Both the position numbers and the translations under genes were made by a program. A stretch of DNA of 63,447 nt, filler included, from an uncultured bacterium (GTDB lineage Bacteria; Hinthialibacterota; Hinthialibacteria; Hinthialibacterales; Hinthialibacteraceae): the NCBI GenBank assembly GCA_964449065.1. It is 3 parts of 3 records of this genome, joined end to end, with 100 filler letters (N's around TTAATTAATTAA, not from the genome) between each part and the next. Parts side by side here need not be neighbours in the genome. Positions count along the whole stretch, not along the records: positions 42,844 to 63,447 come from CAYVAZ010000050.1; 2 more parts are not named here. One strand, written 5' to 3'. Below are positions 56,344 through 63,447 of this stretch, piece by piece (the stretch's first letter is position 1; each line of letters begins with the position of its first letter). The notes below the pieces were generated by a model, which saw only the letters and a program-made list of their open reading frames with translations, had not been told where the DNA came from and did not search any database.

Positions 56344-57142
56344 TTTTCTATATGTTGATAAAACAAGAGTATCCTCCTACTTATCTCAGTTAAATACAGA
56401 AGGATCAATTACAAATCTTTCAACCCAATCAAGCACCGTAATGCAGAAAGATCATTCTGATCAATCAGATGCATCTGTAAATGCTGCGCTTGCCAAAGGA
56501 TCATTATCTCAAACGGAGAAAGACAGTAAAACAGTTTCCCGTATGATCCAGAAACAGTTTGATCCACAATGGGTTTTACCTGTAACAGTATTAGACGGTT
56601 TAGATGAACAAGAATACATCCAAAAGGAAATTCAATCTGCCAGAATAGGACAGATTGTTTTAGTTACTGGAAAATTATTTCTTGTTGACACAAGAGGCAT
56701 TAAAGAATTATGGAAACCTATATTAGGGTATACAAAAAAACAAAATAGAACAATTAAAAAGAAAACTCATAAAGATCAGGAACTTGAAATTGGAGCTCAA
56801 TATCTTCAAAACGCACCACACATGATACAATCTATGCTAGTCACAAATAACGAAAACAAAATTTGGTTTATTTTGAATCCTGATTTTATGTCAATTCCTG
56901 CTGAAGAAATTGCTATGAAATACGGTACACATATATCAGGGGAATGGTATTGTCTTGGTGTATTAGATATAAAAAAGAATGATCATTCCACAGAAGATAA
57001 TGTCCCAAAAATTGTAGGCGAAATGGACGATTTGACTTTTGCATTAAAGACAGCAAATTTTGAATTGAAAAAGTTGCTTGGATGCCCTTTGGATTCAAAT
57101 GCTATTACACCAATCATGGTTTTTAGAAAAATAGAACAATGA
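56306..57142 (+). CDS. AT-rich hypothetical protein (DF.Y.D..R..S...Q family)
   Basis: Long open frame in AT-rich DNA; YDFLYVDKTRVSSYLSQL, G.W..LG.LD, TP...FR. Confidence 0.8.
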   Translation: MGPKLQSTKYLYDFLYVDKTRVSSYLSQLNTEGSITNLSTQSSTVMQKDHSDQSDASVNAALAKGSLSQTEKDSKTVSRMIQKQFDPQWVLPVTVLDGLDEQEYIQKEIQSARIGQIVLVTGKLFLVDTRGIKELWKPILGYTKKQNRTIKKKTHKDQELEIGAQYLQNAPHMIQSMLVTNNENKIWFILNPDFMSIPAEEIAMKYGTHISGEWYCLGVLDIKKNDHSTEDNVPKIVGEMDDLTFALKTANFELKKLLGCPLDSNAITPIMVFRKIEQ

Positions 57143-57161
57143 TATTTAGTTCATATTAAAT

Positions 57162-57482
57162 TTACCCCACCACACAAATCGAACCATACCCATCCCTCCG
57201 CCCCTTCGGGGTTATTTTCATACGGATGTTCTGATCCAGTTTCATCAACCATTGTATCAACTTATCAAAGGTAAACCGGTCAATATCGGCATGGTTCAAC
57301 CCGGTTATATTCACCTGGCTTGCCCCCAAATATTGAGCCGCCTGGGTTTGGATCAGGTTTCGCTCACCAAGAATCTTGATAATCCGCACCACAATATCAG
57401 CCTCCGCCTTCATTTCTTCGGCATTCTCAAATCCAAGATCGGCAAAAATATTCCCACAACTCTCCGTAAAGTGTCTTTCCAC
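57162..57482 (-). CDS. XRE/HTH_37 antitoxin-type regulator, orphan
   Basis: ESCGNIFADLG, Q.QAA..LG.SQ, F..D.L; GTG start abuts MITE end. Confidence 0.8.
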   Translation of the reverse strand: MERHFTESCGNIFADLGFENAEEMKAEADIVVRIIKILGERNLIQTQAAQYLGASQVNITGLNHADIDRFTFDKLIQWLMKLDQNIRMKITPKGRRDGYGSICVVG

Positions 57483-57484
57483 CT

Positions 57485-57660
57485 TATATCGATTGAAATG
57501 AAAAATGTACGTTATCATTGTAGGGTGGGCTCAACACTGATTTTACTAGAAATACGCATTATGTAAAAGCGGGAGTAAGTCTAAGTTGTATCACAATACT
57601 TATCTCCGGTAGCCCACCAGTCGTACCGAAAGCGGACATTCATTTTTCTTTTGGCATTAT
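57485..57660 (-). mobile_element. MITE-like element family A, diverged inverted copy
   Basis: Reverse complement has AATGTCCGCTTTCGGTACGACTGGTGGGCTACCGGA..GTGTTGAGCCCACCCTAC and both terminal repeats of 3183-3357. Confidence 0.85.
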
Positions 57661-57698
57661 ACATTCCTTCCATTTCACAATCCGATCAAATGTTCGCT

Positions 57699-57724
57699 CC
57701 GGGTAGCATCGGCTTCCAGCCGGT
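57699..57724. repeat. GTAG-type REP hairpin
   Basis: CCGGGTAGCATCGGCTTCCAGCCGGT, 24/26 to the reverse complement of 7382-7407. Confidence 0.75.
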
Positions 57725-57911
57725 CAGTCAATCGATATAAATATGTCAAATACAATATATTTGTCAATAAGATTTTCAATGTATATCCGTCGTATACCCC
57801 AACGGGGTTACATATCATAGCCCAGGGCAACGCTCAAGAAGAGGAAGCGATACTCTGCCCCAATCAACCACATCGATGTACAATGCCCACAAAAAAACCA
57901 AGGAGCCCAAA

Positions 57912-58226
57912 ATGTACATCGTAGCAGTACACGTCCACGTCAAACCCGAACACGTCGAAGACTTCAAAACCGCCATCTTCCAAAACCACGAAGGCACCCG
58001 CGGCGAGCCCGGCAACCTGCGCTTTGATGTCCTGCAAGACCGCGAAGACCCCAACCGCTTCTTCCTCTATGAGGTCTACGAATCCGAAGAAGCCTTCAAA
58101 GCCCATCAGCAAACCGAACACTACCTCCATTGGCGCGAAACCGTTCAAGATTGGATGGCCGAAAAACGCGTCGGCAAACGCTACATCAACCTCATGCCCA
58201 GCGACGAAAACTTCCCCGCCGGATAA
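57912..58226 (+). CDS. ABM-domain protein, LsrG-like
   Basis: V.VHVKPE, EPGNLRFDVLQ, F.LYEVY, H..T.HY..WRETV..WM; AAGGAG RBS. Confidence 0.85.
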   Translation: MYIVAVHVHVKPEHVEDFKTAIFQNHEGTRGEPGNLRFDVLQDREDPNRFFLYEVYESEEAFKAHQQTEHYLHWRETVQDWMAEKRVGKRYINLMPSDENFPAG

Positions 58227-58288
58227 AACGGATTGGGGAGAGGTTTACTGAACGGAACAAATGTCATGAAATACAATGCAGGGCTCAT

Positions 58289-60052
58289 TCACTTCGCCGC
58301 CGCAAACGCGTCCTGCAAGAAACGCTTCAATCCCGTGTACCGCCCCCGGATGCGGTTGTTCTTGACCGCCTTCTCCAGCGCCATCTTATTGCCGATCAAC
58401 ACCACCAACTGCTTCCCTCTACTCACCGCCGTATAAAGCAAGTTTCGCTGCAACATAATTCCATGCCGCAAATCCAGCGGCATCACCACCGCGGGATATT
58501 CGCTTCCCTGCGACTTATGCACCGTCATCGCGTATGCCAACGAAGTGTTTTCTAACTCATGCCATTCATACTCCACCATCCGCCCTTCAAAATCACACTT
58601 CACTTCCCCCTTTTTCCGGTTGGCGGATACCACAAACCCGATATCCCCGTTAAAAATATCCTTGCCGTAATCGTTTCTCGTTTGCATAATCTTGTCCCCC
58701 ACATTAAAGCGGTAGAACGGCGCTTTATACTGTACACTTTCTGTGTTGAGCCTTTGCTGCAGTTCTTCGTTCATCAATTCCACGCCGATTCCCCGCTTCA
58801 GCATCGGCGTCAATACTTGAATATCCCGCTTGGCGTCCAGTCCAAACTGCTTCGGAATCCGCTCCAGCACCATCTCCAGCACCGCCGCCTGCATATCCGC
58901 GGGTTTTACTTTTGAAATGAAGAAGAAGTCCTGCCCTTTCTCAAGCCCCGCGCCATCCGTCTCCGGCAGTTCCCCCTCATTGATGCGCTTGGCATTGACC
59001 GAGATCAAACTCCCTTCGCTTTGCCTGTAAATCTCTTGCAGACGAACCGTCTTGAACAATCGGCTCTCAATCAAATCATGCAGCACGTTCCCCGCCCCGA
59101 CAGACGGCAATTGATCCACATCCCCCACAATCAGCATATGGCAGGATGGCGGCAATGCTTCCAACAGGTTTGCCATCAATTCGGTATCCACCATCGACGA
59201 TTCATCAATGACCACCAAATCGGTTTGCAGCGGCCGCCGCGCATTGCGCCGGAACGATTGCGTGGTGAGATCATACTCCAATGCCCGGTGAATGGTAAAC
59301 GCCTTCTCTCCTGTACTTTCCGAAAGCCGCCGCGCCGCACGACCGGTTGGCGCCATCAGTTTGATACGCGCGCGCTTCTTCTTCCACAAAATGATCGCCC
59401 CAAGGATTATGGTCGTCTTTCCTGTCCCCGGCCCGCCGGTAATAATCATCATTTTATGCTCCAGCGATGCCCGTATCGCGTTCATCTGCTCTTTCGCCAG
59501 CGTCTTTCCCAGCGTCCCCTCAACCTCTTCCATTTCCCGCGCTGTCGGAGCAACCAAAGCCATACTAGACGGCGCATGATAAATCTGTGCCAGCAATTCC
59601 GCCGCCGTCAGTTCCGCCGCGTAATTCTTTCGCAAGTACACCGCCCGCGTTTCATTCCATTCGGATGTTTTTACTTCCCGCTTGTCTTGCAGCGATGCCA
59701 CCGCGCGCTGTGTATCCAGTTCATCTTCATGATTCAAATACCGCGATACAGTATTACGCAATTCCTCTTCGGGTAAAAACGTATGCCCATCGTTCATCCC
59801 CATCATTAACGCGCACCGCACCGCCCCCCGCACCCGCAATGGAGAATCCTCCGCCACTCCGATTTTGGCGGCGAATTGCTCCATTTGCTGCCAGGTTAAC
59901 CGTTCCTGAAGCGTCAATAATAAATACGGGTCTTCCCGGATGATCAGCGGGGCATCATACCCAAACCGGTAATAACACCGTTCCGCCAATCCGCCGGTCA
60001 CTCCCATCTCTTTCAGTTGCTTCACTACCCCGCCTTTGGTTCTCGCCGCCAT
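58289..60052 (-). CDS. recD2: RecD2-like SF1B helicase, N-terminally short
   Basis: DPY.L, TGGPGTGKTT, APTGRAA, DESSM, GDVDQLPSVG, YAMTVHKSQGSE, YTAVSR. Confidence 0.9.
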   Translation of the reverse strand: MAARTKGGVVKQLKEMGVTGGLAERCYYRFGYDAPLIIREDPYLLLTLQERLTWQQMEQFAAKIGVAEDSPLRVRGAVRCALMMGMNDGHTFLPEEELRNTVSRYLNHEDELDTQRAVASLQDKREVKTSEWNETRAVYLRKNYAAELTAAELLAQIYHAPSSMALVAPTAREMEEVEGTLGKTLAKEQMNAIRASLEHKMMIITGGPGTGKTTIILGAIILWKKKRARIKLMAPTGRAARRLSESTGEKAFTIHRALEYDLTTQSFRRNARRPLQTDLVVIDESSMVDTELMANLLEALPPSCHMLIVGDVDQLPSVGAGNVLHDLIESRLFKTVRLQEIYRQSEGSLISVNAKRINEGELPETDGAGLEKGQDFFFISKVKPADMQAAVLEMVLERIPKQFGLDAKRDIQVLTPMLKRGIGVELMNEELQQRLNTESVQYKAPFYRFNVGDKIMQTRNDYGKDIFNGDIGFVVSANRKKGEVKCDFEGRMVEYEWHELENTSLAYAMTVHKSQGSEYPAVVMPLDLRHGIMLQRNLLYTAVSRGKQLVVLIGNKMALEKAVKNNRIRGRYTGLKRFLQDAFAAAK

Positions 60053-60130
60053 ACGATCTTATCCACCTTCGAATCTTCGCCGCATCGTAGTATTCTGTTT
60101 CTGGAACAATCATACATGAAGGAGCAGGTC

Positions 60131-60982
60131 ATGAAACTGATTCGGTTTGGCATCCCCGGCAACGAAAAACCCGGCCTCATCAACGAAAACGGTGACTGGC
60201 TGGATGCATCCGATCAGGTGCGCGATTACGACGAAGATTTTTTCTCGAACGACGGCCTTATCAGTTTCAGCAATTGGATCAAAGCGAATATCGATGATCT
60301 CCCCATCGTAGACAAAAACCTGCGTCTCGGTTCACCTGTAGCCCGTCCCAGCAAACTCATCTGCATCGGCCTGAACTACTCTGACCACGCCAAGGAAACC
60401 GGAGCCGAACCGCCCGCCGAACCCGTACTCTTTATGAAATCTTCCACCGCGTTATGCGGCCCGTTCGACAACATCGAGATCCCCCGCAACTCTCAAAAAA
60501 CCGATTGGGAAGTGGAACTCGCCTTCGTCATCGGCAACCAAGCCAAATACATCAGCGAAGATACTGCCGAAAAACACATCGCCGGATACGCCGTCATGAA
60601 CGACATCAGCGAACGCGAGTTTCAAATCGAACGCTGCGGACAGTGGGTCAAAGGCAAAAGCCACGATACCTTCGCCCCCATGGGCCCTTACCTCGCCACC
60701 AAAGATGAAATCGAAGATGTTGCCAATTTGGATATGTACATGAACGTAAACGGCGAGCGCCGCCAAACCGGCAGCACCAGCACCATGATCTTCAAACCAT
60801 CTTATCTTGTTTATTACATCAGCCAGTTCATGACCCTCCTGCCCGGCGACATCATCACCACCGGCACCCCTCCCGGCGTCGGTATGGGAATGAAACCGCC
60901 CACCTACCTCAAAGAAGGCGACACCATGCAACTCGGCATCACCGGATTGGGTGAGCAAAAACAAACGACTGTAAACCCGTAA
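60131..60982 (+). CDS. Fumarylacetoacetate hydrolase family protein
   Basis: CIGLNY.DH, DWEVEL, ND.SER, W.KGKS, TGTPPGVG. Confidence 0.95.
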   Translation: MKLIRFGIPGNEKPGLINENGDWLDASDQVRDYDEDFFSNDGLISFSNWIKANIDDLPIVDKNLRLGSPVARPSKLICIGLNYSDHAKETGAEPPAEPVLFMKSSTALCGPFDNIEIPRNSQKTDWEVELAFVIGNQAKYISEDTAEKHIAGYAVMNDISEREFQIERCGQWVKGKSHDTFAPMGPYLATKDEIEDVANLDMYMNVNGERRQTGSTSTMIFKPSYLVYYISQFMTLLPGDIITTGTPPGVGMGMKPPTYLKEGDTMQLGITGLGEQKQTTVNP

Positions 60983-61210
60983 CTAAATTTCCATTATAAA
61001 TGAGTTTTCTGAGGCTGGGGTATTCTTCGAATTGTTCTTGTAAAATTCGAAGTATGAACAACAATAGGAACATCAAACCGAAGTGTCCATCGGAATGGTT
61101 TGATATCTACAATCTCTTTAACGAAATCAATAATAACAAAAACGTGCAAAGACACAACGTATGCCCTTGTACTGTTAGTCCTTTCATTGTAGATCCTTAC
61201 ACGATCCAGA

Positions 61211-61963
61211 TTAATACAACGACCAACCGCTTACATCGGAACCACCGGACGCGGCGGTCTCTTCAAATAAAGTCTGCATTTCTTCCGGAGTCAAAGCGTT
61301 GTCATAAATACGGATATCGTCTTTTAACCCGTTCCATTCCCGTTGAATGTCACCGCCGTTGTTCCACGCACCTATATTTGGATTGAGAGAGAAATCAAAG
61401 AAAGGAGGAATTGCTGTCGGTTCTTGAATTCCTTCTTCAACACCGTCATAGTACACGGAAAAGAGAAAATCGATCAATGTACCGGAAAACGCGATATGAT
61501 GCCATTCACCCACAGGAATCACCGTCGTTCCAACCACGTCGCCGCTGCCGCCATTGATCCCAATATTGACCACTCCATTATTCATTTTTAGGTGAACTCC
61601 ACCCTGAGCCCAATCCGTATTCAAACCGCCGGAAAAGGCTTCTCCACTGATATCAACATTTGTGTAAACCCACATGGAAATTGTGAGTTCATCCAGCAAA
61701 TCAAATCCATTATCAATAAAATCTTGCGGGCTCAACGAAATAATATCATCATCCCCGTCAAAACTTGCCACATTGCCTCGTACACTATCAGAAACAATTG
61801 TTGTGTCCCCTTGCGGTGTGCCGTGAATGCCATTTCCGCTGCTGTCCTCAAAATTTCCTTCGAACTCCAAATGAACAATCAGATCCGCTTGAACAATATT
61901 CCCCGAAACTCCCGTTAAAACAAGCGCAGCTGCCATCGCAAATATTAAATAACTCTTCTTCAT
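61211..61963 (-). CDS. Secreted LamG-like jellyroll protein
   Basis: Signal peptide, DSSGNG.HG, FDG.DD, T...WV, WHHIA, G..DDIRIYD.AL; tail SDVSGWSLY. Confidence 0.9.
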   Translation of the reverse strand: MKKSYLIFAMAAALVLTGVSGNIVQADLIVHLEFEGNFEDSSGNGIHGTPQGDTTIVSDSVRGNVASFDGDDDIISLSPQDFIDNGFDLLDELTISMWVYTNVDISGEAFSGGLNTDWAQGGVHLKMNNGVVNIGINGGSGDVVGTTVIPVGEWHHIAFSGTLIDFLFSVYYDGVEEGIQEPTAIPPFFDFSLNPNIGAWNNGGDIQREWNGLKDDIRIYDNALTPEEMQTLFEETAASGGSDVSGWSLY

Positions 61964-62154
61964 CTGTATTTCCTCCAATACGTAAAAATATATTGTATCG
62001 ATACTTCGATCATTTTTACTATTTCAGAATCCATATAGATAGTCAAGAGGATATTTTTTATCTTGTTAAATTAATTCTCATTATTCTTTCTACTTTTTGA
62101 GATAAAATGATGCTTTATCTTCACGAAATAAAGTCAAAAAAAAACGTATATTAT

Positions 62155-63219
62155 ATGGAACGAAAATCTTTACTAACTTCCAAATCTTCCCTTATTTTCA
62201 TCTTTGGTGCCGCCGCTATTGTTATTCTGTTTTATGTCTATTCGGCGCAACAAGAGGCACGCTTTCTCGTCCGTCACCCCAAGGGCGTCATGGGAACATC
62301 CTGCACCATCGCCGCCCGATCAAATCTGCGAACCAATGCACAAGTAGACGCGGCATTGCAAAAAACGGAAACTCGTATTCGTGAAATCGAAGCCAAAATG
62401 AGCAATTGGATCGACATGTCTGAAATTTCCCGCTTCAACCGCGGTGAATCCATTCAACTTTCTCATGATACACTCACCATCTTGCAAACCGCTTTTGACA
62501 GCTACCAACAAACAAACGGTGCTTTTGATATCACCTGCCGCCCGCTCATCGAACTTTGGACACAACACAGTGAAACCGGAGAAATGCCAACGGATGATGA
62601 GATACAGGAAGCACGCCGGGAATCACATTGGAATCAATTTGAATGGAGAGACTCAAACATCATCCGTACAGAAAAAGCGGCAAGAGTGGATTTAGGCGGT
62701 ATAGCCAAAGGATACGCTATCGATAAAGCCATCGCGGTTCAGCAAGAACATGGAATCACATCCGGCATGGTCGATATCGGCGGCGATCTGCGGTATTTTG
62801 ATTCCACCGGTAACAAACCGTTAACCGTGGATATCAAGCATCCGTTTCAAGAAGGCACCATCGCTCAAATAGAAATCATGAATGCAGCCGTTTGCACCAG
62901 CGGCAATTATGCACGGTTTATCGAAATCAACGGCAAACGCTACAGCCACATTATCGACCCTCGAACCGGAATACCGTCCGACATTGTTCCATCCGTCACC
63001 ATCCTTGCGGAAAATGCCTTGCAAGGAGATATTTGGGCTACTGCCATCAGCGTGTTAGGAGAAGATGGATTGACGCTTTTACCGGAAGGCGTGGAAGCAT
63101 TTTTGATCTTGGGTAGCAGAGAAGAATCAGCCTATATCTGCACCAAAGGGTTTCAAACGAAATTGGTTGAACCGTTTCCGCGGGAACTTCATCTTTGGGT
63201 ACCCAGCAATCAAGAATAA
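62155..63219 (+). CDS. apbE: FAD:protein FMN transferase
   Basis: MGT, SEISRFN, GAFDIT, DLGGIAKGYA.D, GGD, TSGNY, YSHIIDPRTG. Confidence 0.95.
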   Translation: MERKSLLTSKSSLIFIFGAAAIVILFYVYSAQQEARFLVRHPKGVMGTSCTIAARSNLRTNAQVDAALQKTETRIREIEAKMSNWIDMSEISRFNRGESIQLSHDTLTILQTAFDSYQQTNGAFDITCRPLIELWTQHSETGEMPTDDEIQEARRESHWNQFEWRDSNIIRTEKAARVDLGGIAKGYAIDKAIAVQQEHGITSGMVDIGGDLRYFDSTGNKPLTVDIKHPFQEGTIAQIEIMNAAVCTSGNYARFIEINGKRYSHIIDPRTGIPSDIVPSVTILAENALQGDIWATAISVLGEDGLTLLPEGVEAFLILGSREESAYICTKGFQTKLVEPFPRELHLWVPSNQE

Positions 63220-63447
63220 TCAAAGCGTAATACCATTTTCAAATAGAAAAGTTCACGATGAATGACGGAACGGAAAATAGTATTCATTATAGTACAGGCA
63301 TCTTGCCTGGAAAGCATTTGGAAGAGATGTCCGATGCAAGGAGGACAAAGAGGGTGTGAAGAGAACCATAAACCATAAAGATTCAACCGGTTTTAAAGAA
63401 GTATTTTCCTTGGCAATCAAACGAAGCAATCTGTTAAGCCGTTTTGA

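Noticed and set aside
59021..59776. Long antisense ORFs (for example 251 aa opposite recD2, 170 aa at 60452-60964)
   Set aside because: Shadow frames of GC-rich genes with strong family motifs on the other strand.

Overview
Bacterial chromosomal scaffold of three contigs joined by 100-N spacers containing an artificial TTAATTAATTAA linker (21340-21439, 42744-42843). Pro/Thr-rich secreted proteins with cohesin- and dockerin-like modules and many small palindromic repeats suggest a candidate lineage such as OLB16/Hinthialibacterota (inference only). Most of the window is ordinary envelope and metabolic content: a carbamoyltransferase with an SxtJ-type partner, several glycosyltransferases, rsmB, Nif3, system II cytochrome c biogenesis, an NtrC-like regulator, HU, aldehyde dehydrogenase, an FGGY kinase, a RecD2-like helicase and apbE. 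The most notable region is 3.0-5.4 kb. An AbiF/Abi_2 HEPN toxin gene is preceded by a promoter and a structured ~60-nt RNA ending in a terminator. A second, diverged copy of the same promoter+RNA unit lies exactly 490 bp upstream, shows compensatory base-pair changes, and is fused to only the last 53 nt of the toxin gene. The toxin cassette is bracketed by a 184-bp perfect direct repeat, and the toxin has a +1 frameshift in a C6 run. Other themes: every toxin-antitoxin module here has lost or broken its toxin while keeping the antitoxin; intergenic MITE-like shells carry interchangeable REP-hairpin cargo; an AT-rich islet at 56-57.8 kb has an uncharacterised overlapping gene pair; several proteins have degenerate catalytic motifs. 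No rRNA, tRNA, CRISPR array or transposase was seen. All calls are by eye; no searches were run.
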